A stretch of DNA of 64,000 nt. Source: an uncultured Gemmatimonadales bacterium (GTDB lineage Bacteria > Gemmatimonadota > Gemmatimonadetes > Gemmatimonadales > Gemmatimonadaceae). Shown piece by piece: positions 19,231-28,315 of the stretch. The position numbers and the translations under genes are program-made. Every line of letters starts with the position of its first letter. Positions within the stretch are counted from its first letter, which is position 1. The stretch is taken from positions 64,001 to 128,000 of the forward strand of contig CAVPQB010000006.1 of NCBI GenBank assembly GCA_963707505.1. Direction: 5' to 3'. The notes under the pieces are model-generated. The model did not search any database. It saw only the letters and a list, made by a program, of their open reading frames with translations, and was not told where the DNA came from.

Positions 19231-20604
19231 TCAGGCGCCGCACGCATGCGGATCGTTCCAGTTGAGCGTCGGATCTGCAGGGACGTTCGGATTCGTCTGC
19301 CGTTCTGCATTCGTGTACAGCATTCGGCCAGGCAGTGACGCTGCACCGTTAGCCGGTACGAGCGCGGGCAGGCACGTGCGCTTGTAGTCGTTCCACGCCT
19401 CTACGTTCTGGAACAGAGTGATGTACTTCTCCTGCATGATGCTGGCGAGCGATACAGGCCCCGCAATCGGTGGAAGCGTCAACGCTGAGTGCCACGGCGT
19501 CGGAATCGCCCATGCGGCACGCTCACGGTTGAGCGTGTCGAGCGCTGCCTGCGTGTTACCAAGCTGGAACAATGCCTCCGCCTTGATCAACAGATTCTCA
19601 TTGTATGTGACGAGCGGTTGGCGATAGTCAGGAGCAAGTCGCTTCGCGCTGATCGTGGCCATGTTTCCGGCAAGCCCCTGTCCCGGCGATGCGCCGACGT
19701 AATCTGTCGCGCCAGCCGCAATCTGGTAATACTCGGCCAGTCGTGGATCGCCGAGGCTCTTGAGCAGGTTTACCTGATACTTACCTGCGCGCATGAAGCC
19801 TGTACGCGTTCCGGTGAGCATGAACTGGTACCAGTCGTTCTGCTCGTTCGCGTTGCTGGTCTGGTAGGTGATGTAGTCAGCCGCATTGCTCGAGATGCCC
19901 AGATTGGCCTCGGTCAGGGCCTTTGCATAGTTGGTCGGATCCTTCTCGGCCAGATGCAGATAGAAACGAGCCTTGAGCGTGTGCGCAAGCTGCAACCAGA
20001 GAGCTGGATTTCCCTTGTAGATGATCTCCGCCGCGCCAGGCCCGACTCCCGTAGCAGCACTGAGATTTGCGATCGCCTGATCCAGCGTCGCCAACACACT
20101 GTCGTACACGACCTGCTGCGGATCGTATTTTGGCGTCGGGAACGAATCGGCTTTGGCAGCCTGTGTGTACGGCACGTCGCCCCAGACATCGGCGAGCGTT
20201 CCCATCTCCCACGCCTTGAGCGTCTGCGCTATACCAAGGAATATGTTGTCCCCTGACGCAGCGGAACTCGCCTCGATCGTGCGAATGTCGATCAGCCCGC
20301 CGCCAGTGTACGGCATGCTGAAGTCGCCACTACCGCCGTCCAGCACGTACAGATCCTGCACCTGATATTGCAACTGCGTTCCTGCCATCTGTTGCATCCA
20401 CATGGACACCACGCGTGGCAGGTTGCCGTTGAGAAACTGTGTGAGTTTCGCCTGCACAGCGACGAGACGCTGCGTGGAAGTTGCTGCGGTCGGTGCGTTT
20501 GGACTCGTGATGCAGTCGGAACACTTGAGATAGTTGTCGCCGCAGCTCGCAACAACGACTGGAATCGCCGCTGCCAGTACCGCACTTCTGATGTATCGCT
20601 TCAC
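19231..20604 (-). CDS. susD: SusD/RagB family lipoprotein
   Basis: Lipobox VASC, LADVWGDVPY, PKYDPQ, LKARFYLH, EAWNDYKR; directly downstream of SusC. Confidence 0.9.
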   Translation of the reverse strand: MKRYIRSAVLAAAIPVVVASCGDNYLKCSDCITSPNAPTAATSTQRLVAVQAKLTQFLNGNLPRVVSMWMQQMAGTQLQYQVQDLYVLDGGSGDFSMPYTGGGLIDIRTIEASSAASGDNIFLGIAQTLKAWEMGTLADVWGDVPYTQAAKADSFPTPKYDPQQVVYDSVLATLDQAIANLSAATGVGPGAAEIIYKGNPALWLQLAHTLKARFYLHLAEKDPTNYAKALTEANLGISSNAADYITYQTSNANEQNDWYQFMLTGTRTGFMRAGKYQVNLLKSLGDPRLAEYYQIAAGATDYVGASPGQGLAGNMATISAKRLAPDYRQPLVTYNENLLIKAEALFQLGNTQAALDTLNRERAAWAIPTPWHSALTLPPIAGPVSLASIMQEKYITLFQNVEAWNDYKRTCLPALVPANGAASLPGRMLYTNAERQTNPNVPADPTLNWNDPHACGA

Positions 20605-20623
20605 GGATGGATCTCCTTTGGGA

Positions 20624-23600
20624 TCAGCGGTTCAGAGCGATCGAAAATACGAACGATCGTGTCTGCGGCATGTTGAAGAAGTCATAGCCCTGCACCAGCG
20701 CATCTGCTCCCGCGAGATTGGTTTCGGGATCCATGCCCGAATACTTGGTCCACGTGTGCAGATTGCGCCCCGAAATCCGAAGGTCGGCGCTGCTGAATCC
20801 GGCACGGCGCACGAATGCGCCGGTGAGCGAGTATGTCACCGATACCTCGCGCAGCTTGGTGTAGGTGCCGTCCTCCATGAACGGCTCGCCTATTCCGGAG
20901 TAGATGCTTCCAAGTCCCGTATACCACGACTGCCCGATCTGAACGGGAGTGCCCTTGCCCGGTCCCACCGCTGCTCCGGGCATGAAGTCCACTCCGAAGG
21001 TACGGGTGACGTCGCGCTGCAGTGTTTCGATCGACGTCCCGAAATTGTTGAGCGCACCGAGCGTCATGTTCGCGACCATACCACCCTGCTTGTGGTCGAG
21101 CAGCGCTGACACGGCCCAGCTTCCCATGTGAACCGTCGTGTGCACATTGCCGGTCCAGTGTGGGTTGGGATCGCCGATTACACGATTCACGGGATCGTTC
21201 ACCGGAAAGCCGGACGCTGCGATGTACAACGCTCCCCTCGGCGCACCCGCACACGCCGACGCGAGATCGACCGGGTTACCTGCAGGATCTTTCAGATTGG
21301 TGCTCGTGGTGACGCCGCAGCGAACGTAGCCCAGTCCGCGGAACGCGAATGTTCCACCGACTGTTGCTGACGGCTGTGCTTCGGAGAACGTTCCGCCACC
21401 TGCGCCGATGTACGACGCACCGTTGAGGCTGAGAACGCGAGTTTCATTCTGCGCCCACTGCCCCCCGATTTCCCACGTCAGCTTCTGCGTGGTGATCGGC
21501 CGCACGTTCAGCGTCGCCTCCCAACCCCGGTTGAGGATCGCCGCTCCATTGAGAAGCTGCGCCGAGAAGCCCGTCGTGGATGGGCGCGGCACACTCAGGA
21601 TCACGTCCGTCGAGTTGTCGCGATAATACGTGATGCCTGCGTCCGCCATCTGATTGAACAGACCAACGTCGAGACCTGTCTCGAACTCCTTCTGGCGCTC
21701 GGGCCTGAGGTTATTGTTGCCCTGTGTGCCGGAAGTGACGAGACCGCCATAGCCACCCTGCGTCGACGACAGTTGATCGGTGTAGCCGCTGCCGAAGATC
21801 GCACGGCCAAGTGTCGAAAGGGTGGAGTAGACATTCGGCTCCTTGCCCGTCTCGCCGTACGACGCACGCACCTTGCCGTAGCTCAGAAGCCCGCGATGGT
21901 CGGTGTTGCCGAGTGCGTTGGTGAACGTCCAGGCGAGGCTCGCCTTGGGATATGACGCGCGCGGATTGCTCGCACCGAACGTGGAGAATCCGTCGTTTCG
22001 AATCGCGCCAGTGAGATACAGCTGATTGTAGAGATCGACAGTCGCTTCGCCGAAATACGACAGCGCGTGGATCACGTAGTCGTTCTCCGTCGCGAGCTGC
22101 GTCACCGTGTTGTTCAGCGAGAACGGCGACGGTGCGATGAGTCCGTTGCCGGTCGCATCCACTTCGCGGCCCCGGCGACTGTTGACGTTGTTCCCAACCG
22201 TCAGTGTGCCGCTCAGGTTGGAGTTGAAGGTGTGCGTTGCGGTCGCAATGAGATTCTGGTCGATCTGGAGGTGCATCAGATCAGCGCGTCTGACGAGACC
22301 GAGTGGAGACTCGCTCGCCGTGAACGCCTCGCCCGTAAGCTGAGTGTCGCCGAAGTAGTCGCCGCCCAGATTCTCCTGCAGGCGCAGCCAGCTCTTCGGC
22401 TGCCAGTCGGCATTGAGATTGGCGATCGTGCGGTTCGTCTCTTCCGTGCTCGGATTCTCGTATACGGCGAACAGCGGATTGTCATATCCGCGCGACCGCG
22501 TGAGCGATGCCGGAGATGGGTCGGGAAAACGATACGACCGCTGCAGTCCCGTCGTGGTCGAGAGATATGGGAACTGATTGAAGTCCGGCGGCGTCCGCAG
22601 CGCGCCGAGCATCAGACCGGACACCGACCCACCACGAAGGATCGATGCACCGCGGTCGTCCGCGAACGAGATGTTGCCGCCAAGCTTGAGGTTGTCGAAG
22701 ACCTTGTGCGTCGCCTTGAGACGCACGTCGGTTCTGTCGTAGTAGTTGTTCGGGCCGATGATCACACCGTTCTGCGCATCGCGCCCACCGGATGCGAAAA
22801 ACGTGGTGCGCTCGTTTCCACCGGATATCGTGAGATGGTTGTTCGTCGTATGACCGGTGTGGAACAGCTCGCTGAAGTGATCGTACGTTGGAACCCCCGA
22901 GAGCGCCGGCCCCCACGAGCCGCTCGCCGCGGAGCAGTCTGGCGTCGAGCATGCACCTGCCTTGCCATTGCTTCCCTGGCCATACTTTGTCTGCAACGGG
23001 ATGCTGTGGTTGACGTCGTCTACGGAATAGCTCGAATTGAGCGTGTAGCGCGTCGGACCGGCCTGCCCCGATTTGGTTGTGATGAGCACGACACCGTTGG
23101 ACGCGCGCGCTCCGTAGATCGCGGCAGCTGCGGCGCCTTTGAGTATGTCGACTGACGCGATGTCGTCGGGGTTGATATCCGACGCGCGGTTCGGCGTGTT
23201 CGAGCCCGTGAGGTTGCTGCCGTTGACGTTGGTCGTGTTGTCGATCGGGACTCCATCGACCACGAATAGCGGCTGTCCGTCACCCGATAGCGACTTGATA
23301 CCGCGAATGCGGATGTACGCCGACGATCCCGGCACGCCTGATTCGGATACGACCGACACGCCCGGCGCCTTGGCTGCAAGCGCGTTGACGACATTCGATT
23401 CGTTGCTCTTTGCGATGGCTGTCGAGTCGACAGAGTTGATGACGTTACCGAGCTTCTCGCGCGTGCTGCTAGTACCAGCGCCGGTGACGACGACCTCGCC
23501 GAGGCGAAGCGGATTACTTGCGAGACTGAAGTTCTGAGTGACAGTCCCGGGTTTGAGTGTGATCTGTACCGATTTCGGTGCGAAACCGATGAGTCGCGCT

Positions 23601-23845
23601 GTGAGCGTGACCTGCTGCCCGAGCGATCGGGCCGCCGACACAGTTATGCTGTAGTGACCGTCAGTGCGCGTCGCCGCACCGAGCCCCATCGTCTGCACCA
23701 CCACTTCTGCCGCCTGGAGCGGGACACCTTTGTCTGTCGTGACCACGCCGACAATTGTGGTTCCCGTTTCCTGCGAGGATGCGCGCTGTGGCGCGAGCTC
23801 CGCACCAATGCAGAGCGGCAACACCAACCATACCGTAGGTCTCAT
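20624..23845 (-). CDS. susC: SusC/RagA TonB-linked outer membrane transporter
   Basis: PLFVVDGVP, DINPDDIASVDILKGAAAAAIYGARASNGVVLITTK; ATG 23845 has GGAGAGGAG RBS. Confidence 0.93.
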   Translation of the reverse strand: MRPTVWLVLPLCIGAELAPQRASSQETGTTIVGVVTTDKGVPLQAAEVVVQTMGLGAATRTDGHYSITVSAARSLGQQVTLTARLIGFAPKSVQITLKPGTVTQNFSLASNPLRLGEVVVTGAGTSSTREKLGNVINSVDSTAIAKSNESNVVNALAAKAPGVSVVSESGVPGSSAYIRIRGIKSLSGDGQPLFVVDGVPIDNTTNVNGSNLTGSNTPNRASDINPDDIASVDILKGAAAAAIYGARASNGVVLITTKSGQAGPTRYTLNSSYSVDDVNHSIPLQTKYGQGSNGKAGACSTPDCSAASGSWGPALSGVPTYDHFSELFHTGHTTNNHLTISGGNERTTFFASGGRDAQNGVIIGPNNYYDRTDVRLKATHKVFDNLKLGGNISFADDRGASILRGGSVSGLMLGALRTPPDFNQFPYLSTTTGLQRSYRFPDPSPASLTRSRGYDNPLFAVYENPSTEETNRTIANLNADWQPKSWLRLQENLGGDYFGDTQLTGEAFTASESPLGLVRRADLMHLQIDQNLIATATHTFNSNLSGTLTVGNNVNSRRGREVDATGNGLIAPSPFSLNNTVTQLATENDYVIHALSYFGEATVDLYNQLYLTGAIRNDGFSTFGASNPRASYPKASLAWTFTNALGNTDHRGLLSYGKVRASYGETGKEPNVYSTLSTLGRAIFGSGYTDQLSSTQGGYGGLVTSGTQGNNNLRPERQKEFETGLDVGLFNQMADAGITYYRDNSTDVILSVPRPSTTGFSAQLLNGAAILNRGWEATLNVRPITTQKLTWEIGGQWAQNETRVLSLNGASYIGAGGGTFSEAQPSATVGGTFAFRGLGYVRCGVTTSTNLKDPAGNPVDLASACAGAPRGALYIAASGFPVNDPVNRVIGDPNPHWTGNVHTTVHMGSWAVSALLDHKQGGMVANMTLGALNNFGTSIETLQRDVTRTFGVDFMPGAAVGPGKGTPVQIGQSWYTGLGSIYSGIGEPFMEDGTYTKLREVSVTYSLTGAFVRRAGFSSADLRISGRNLHTWTKYSGMDPETNLAGADALVQGYDFFNMPQTRSFVFSIALNR

Positions 23846-23960
23846 GACTCCTCTCCGACCGCACGACGCAGCAATGTGCAGCAGCAGTGTGCAGCAGAAA
23901 TGTGGAAGCAGACTGGCGCCGCCCACCCGGGATTCCGGCGTCCTCTGCCGAGGACAGGCA

Positions 23961-23979
23961 GGATATAGTATCCCATTTT
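23961..23979 (-). promoter_or_regulatory. Second copy of palindromic operator upstream of susC
   Basis: GGATA-TAG-TATCC-CATTTT, matching GGATA-CAA-TATCC-TATTTT at 15763-15781; contains candidate -10 TACTAT on minus strand. Confidence 0.55.
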
Positions 23980-24014
23980 GGATTCCGCAAGCACGCCTTT
24001 TCCAGCGACGCCGG

Positions 24015-25886
24015 CTATCGAGGATGTGATCCCGTCTTCAGTTGGGTGAGAATCGGCCGCGTCAGTCCGGAGATTTCCGACGCGCCATCGTGGCCGTTCA
24101 GCTCGAACACAACCATGGCGTTCCGACCGCGCCGGAGCCATGCACCCGGTAGGTACAAAGTCTGCTGCGGACCAACATTCCAGTATCGCCCGATGTTGAT
24201 GCCGTTCACAAAAACGATTCCCTTGTTCCACTCCCGCATGTCGAGAAACGTGTCGCCCGTACGATTGAGCGTGAAGCTGCCGCGATACAACGTCGGCGTT
24301 CCAGTTGTTGCGCTCACCTCCTTTTGCATGGTTCCCAAGCTTGGTACGCTACTGAACGGTAGCCGATACATCGACCAGCCAGTGATCTCCGTACTGTCAA
24401 TCGTCACGGGCTGAATTATTCCCTTACGGTCACTCACCAGCGCTGCGCCGTAGTTGATCCGCCCCAGGTTCTCGACCAGAATGTCGAGCCGGCCACCGGC
24501 AGGAACACCAACTGGAGAGGAGAAATTCTTCGTGCGGCGATCGAGCGTCGCGACGCGACGTCCATCCACGAATACCGCTGCATAATCGCGTAAGCCGGGA
24601 ACTCTCAGAACGCCATTCATCGCACTCGCAAATCGATGGCGATACAGCACGTATCCGCTGGACTGATCCAGATCCTCGAACGACATCGGCTGAGCGGCAT
24701 TCACCGCTGTAACACGATCGACAAAGCTGAAGAGATCACTCACAGCCGTGAGATGAACCGGCGGTACAGCGATTACCGGCAGCGAATCAGGCACGGCCGG
24801 AATCGCGTATGACACGTTTCGCCGTATCACGTCGCGCAACGCGTAATACTTGGGGGTCGGCCATCCAGCCTCCGACAGTGGCGCGTCGTAATCGTAACTC
24901 GTCATGCTCGGCTCGATCGGCATCGCCTTTGTGTAGTTGGCGCCAGACGTAAAACCGAAGTTGGTGCCGCCGTGAAACATGTACAGGTTGATGCTCACTC
25001 CGCGCTTCAACAGACTGTCGTACGCGGGGAGAAAACTGTCGACAGGTGTGACGGGAAAGGGCTCCGCCCAGTGCGTGAGCCAGCCCGGGTAAAGCTCCGC
25101 AACCATGTACGGACCGGTGCCCTTGTTGAACGCGTCGACTCGCTTGGTGAGACTGTCGTAATTCATCTCGCCGTTCGCGGCTGCGAAGACGCCGGGAATC
25201 CCGCCCTTCTGAAACAGCCAATCACCGTCGGCCGTGAACAGTGGCACATCGATACCGGCGTCGACCAACATCCTGCGAGTCGCTTCCTTGTAGCTCGAGT
25301 CTGAGCCGAACGAGCCGTACTCGTTCTCGACCTGCACCATGAGAATCGGGCCTCCGTGCGTCACGAGTAATGGCCGTACTTCCTTCGCCATCGCGTTGAT
25401 GTACCGTCGCGCGGCTTTCATATAGCGAGGATCGTTGCTGCGCACAGCCATCGCCGGCGTCTTGAGCAGATAGGATGGCAATCCTCCGAAGTCCCACTCC
25501 GCGCAGACGTATGGTCCCGGACGCAGAATCACCCACAAACCTTCCTCCTGCGCTATCCGGATGAACTCCGCGAGATCACGATTCCCGGTGTGGAAGTCGA
25601 ATACGCCGGGCCGCACTTCGTGATAATTCCAGAACACGTATGTGGCGATGGTGTTGAGTCCCATCGCCCTGGCCATCCTGAGACGATGGCGCCAGTACTC
25701 ACGAGGAATGCGTGCATAATGCAGCTCCCCCGATATGATCTGGAGCGGCTTTCCGTCGAGCACAAACGCGCCATGTGCGATCTGGAAGGAATGCGTGGCC
25801 GGCTTCTGGGCAATGGATGGCGGCGCCATGCCGACGAGGCACGCCATCAAGATCCAGAAACGTCCCGAGGCCTGAGATAGTCGCAT
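24015..25886 (-). CDS. GH35 beta-galactosidase, secreted
   Basis: ISGELHYARIP, LRPGPYVCAEW, QVENEYGS, AELYPGW, YMFHGGTNFG, GPQQTLY; start inferred at ATG 25886. Confidence 0.93.
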   Translation of the reverse strand: MRLSQASGRFWILMACLVGMAPPSIAQKPATHSFQIAHGAFVLDGKPLQIISGELHYARIPREYWRHRLRMARAMGLNTIATYVFWNYHEVRPGVFDFHTGNRDLAEFIRIAQEEGLWVILRPGPYVCAEWDFGGLPSYLLKTPAMAVRSNDPRYMKAARRYINAMAKEVRPLLVTHGGPILMVQVENEYGSFGSDSSYKEATRRMLVDAGIDVPLFTADGDWLFQKGGIPGVFAAANGEMNYDSLTKRVDAFNKGTGPYMVAELYPGWLTHWAEPFPVTPVDSFLPAYDSLLKRGVSINLYMFHGGTNFGFTSGANYTKAMPIEPSMTSYDYDAPLSEAGWPTPKYYALRDVIRRNVSYAIPAVPDSLPVIAVPPVHLTAVSDLFSFVDRVTAVNAAQPMSFEDLDQSSGYVLYRHRFASAMNGVLRVPGLRDYAAVFVDGRRVATLDRRTKNFSSPVGVPAGGRLDILVENLGRINYGAALVSDRKGIIQPVTIDSTEITGWSMYRLPFSSVPSLGTMQKEVSATTGTPTLYRGSFTLNRTGDTFLDMREWNKGIVFVNGINIGRYWNVGPQQTLYLPGAWLRRGRNAMVVFELNGHDGASEISGLTRPILTQLKTGSHPR

Positions 25887-26047
25887 GTGATTCACCCTGA
25901 AGAATTTGCGCTCCCGTCGGCGACCGGCCAGAGGTGCGAATAAGGTGCGTCCTCTCCTTGACCGCCGCCCGCCCAGGCGATAATCTCGCCACCACGGCGA
26001 TCGATCCCGATCCGCCCACGACACGCATATATAAGGAGCACGGACCT

Positions 26048-28159
26048 GTGGCGGATAGCCGGGATCGTTCCAATTCATCGCCCACGTCGCATTCCGGACT
26101 CACCCGGCGCGACTTCCTCGATCGGAGCGGCCGGATCGCCGTCGGACTCGGCGCGCTACAGCTCGGCGCGCTACAGCTCGGCTTCGGCCGCAGTGCCTTC
26201 GCAGAAGGACTCAGCCTGCTCGGCGGATCCGCCACGCCGCTCGCGAGTCGCGCTGCCCTATCGGCAGATGAATTCACGCTCGCCAATGATGCCATAGCTG
26301 CGGTCTGGACCACCGCGGGCGGCTCGTTTCGTCCCGTTCGGCTGACAGACATGCTCAATAATGCGACGCTCCCGGTATCCGCACAGGCATTCACCCTGAC
26401 GCTCGCAGACAAGTCCACGATCCAGGCGAGCGAGATGCGCATCACATCCGCGCCGCGCACGGAGGTGTTATCCCCGAATGCCAGCGCGTCGCGCATGGTC
26501 GAGCGGCTCGCGGGCCATCAGGTGACGATGACGCTGCAGGATCCAGCCGGTCGTATCGAAGCGGTATGGCGTGGGATACTGCGCGACGGATCGAGCTACG
26601 TTCGCCAGGAAATCACGTTACGCGCGCTCGGTGGAGAGGTACCGGTGCACGAGATCGCCCTGCTCGACTTCAACGCTCGCAACGCGATGGCGCCCGGAAC
26701 CGTACGCGGCACCCCGATCGTCGTTGGAGATGCGTACTTCGCATTCGAGCATCCTCTCGCCAACAACGCAGTGGATGGCGATCGCGTGCGTTGCCGGATG
26801 TCGCGCACGTTGCCGCTGCGACCCGGCACTTCTATCGACTTCAGCTCTGTCGCCGGCGTCACTCACCCTGGCCAACTGCGGCGCGACTTTCTCGAATACG
26901 TGGAGCGCGAGCGTGCGCATCCGTACCGCACCTTTCTGCACTACAACTCATGGTACGACATCGGTTACTTCAACAAGTACACCGAGGCCGACGCACTCGG
27001 CGCCATAGCGGCATTCGGAACCGAGCTTCACGAGAAGCGCGGCGTGACGCTCGACTCGTTTCTCTTCGATGACGGCTGGGACGACTCGAAGACATTGTGG
27101 CATTTCAATTCCGGATTCCCAAACGGCTTCACCAACGTCGAAGCTGCAACCCACAAATACGGCGCCGCACCTGGCGTCTGGATGTCACCGTGGGGCGGAT
27201 ACGGTGAGCCGCACAAGGAGCGCATCGAGTACGGCAAGGCGCAGGGCTACGAGACCAACAAGGACGGTTTCGCTCTTTCCGGTCCCGTCTACTACAAGCA
27301 TTTCCGAGATACATGCATCGACATGATCCGGAAGTACGGCGTGAATCAGTTCAAGTTCGACGGAACGGGGAACTATGCAAGTACCTACCCCGGGAGTCCG
27401 TTCGACAGCGACTTTGACGCCGCGATCCATCTGATCGGCGAGCTGCGCACGGAGAAGCCGGATCTGTATGTGAACCTCACGACCGGCACGTATCCGTCGC
27501 CATTCTGGCTGCGTTACGCCGATTCGATCTGGCGTGGCGGAGACGACCACGACTTCGCGGGAATCGGCACGAGCCGACAGCGCTGGATCACGTATCGCGA
27601 CGCTGACACGTATGAGCACGTCGTCCGTGCAGGAGCGCTATTCCCGATCAACTCGCTGATGCTGCATGGAATGATCTATGCCAGACAGGCGCACAATCTG
27701 ATGACCGATCCCGGCAATGACTTCAGCTCCGAAGTCCGTGACTATTTCGGCACGGGGACTCAGCTGCAGGAGATGTACATCACGCCGTCGCTACTCTCAC
27801 CGGCGAACTGGGATACGATCGCTGAATGCGCAAAGTGGTCCCGCAATAACGCTCAAACACTGGTCGACACGCACTGGGTGGGTGGCGATCCGCAACGACT
27901 GGAGCCCTACGGATGGGCATCGTGGTCGCCTCGCAAGGGAATTCTCACGCTCCGCAATCCGAGCAACGTCGCACAGAACATCGCGATCGATCCCGAGCGC
28001 ATCTTCGAGCTTCCACACTCGGCGCCGCGCCAGTATTCTGCCAGGAGTCCGTGGGCGCAGTATCATGGAAATGCGCCGATCCGTTTTCGCGCCGGCGAAG
28101 AGCGCAAGGTCCGTCTTGAGCCCTTCGAGGTACTGACACTTGAAATGGTCACGGTGTAG
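26048..28159 (+). CDS. Tat-exported clan GH-D (GH36/GH27-like) glycosidase
   Basis: TRRDFL twin-arginine signal; YNSWYD, FLFDDGW, QFKFDG, IWRGGDD parallel GH36/27 motifs; GTG 26048 follows TAAGGAG. Confidence 0.65.
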   Translation: MADSRDRSNSSPTSHSGLTRRDFLDRSGRIAVGLGALQLGALQLGFGRSAFAEGLSLLGGSATPLASRAALSADEFTLANDAIAAVWTTAGGSFRPVRLTDMLNNATLPVSAQAFTLTLADKSTIQASEMRITSAPRTEVLSPNASASRMVERLAGHQVTMTLQDPAGRIEAVWRGILRDGSSYVRQEITLRALGGEVPVHEIALLDFNARNAMAPGTVRGTPIVVGDAYFAFEHPLANNAVDGDRVRCRMSRTLPLRPGTSIDFSSVAGVTHPGQLRRDFLEYVERERAHPYRTFLHYNSWYDIGYFNKYTEADALGAIAAFGTELHEKRGVTLDSFLFDDGWDDSKTLWHFNSGFPNGFTNVEAATHKYGAAPGVWMSPWGGYGEPHKERIEYGKAQGYETNKDGFALSGPVYYKHFRDTCIDMIRKYGVNQFKFDGTGNYASTYPGSPFDSDFDAAIHLIGELRTEKPDLYVNLTTGTYPSPFWLRYADSIWRGGDDHDFAGIGTSRQRWITYRDADTYEHVVRAGALFPINSLMLHGMIYARQAHNLMTDPGNDFSSEVRDYFGTGTQLQEMYITPSLLSPANWDTIAECAKWSRNNAQTLVDTHWVGGDPQRLEPYGWASWSPRKGILTLRNPSNVAQNIAIDPERIFELPHSAPRQYSARSPWAQYHGNAPIRFRAGEERKVRLEPFEVLTLEMVTV
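26147..26182 (+). repeat. 15-bp tandem duplication in Tat signal coding region
   Basis: CTCGGCGCGCTACAG twice plus partial CTCGGC, encoding LGALQLGALQLG. Confidence 0.8.
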
Positions 28160-28315
28160 GGCGCGGATGCATCCGCACCTTCTCCGGAATCCCGCAGTTA
28201 TCTATATCGCTACCGCGGATGCTCCCCCGCCTTCTCCAGCATCCCGTATTGCCCACGCTCTCGCGCGCCTGACGTTACCGCACCTACACCTATACATCCA
28301 ACAGGGTACAACCGA

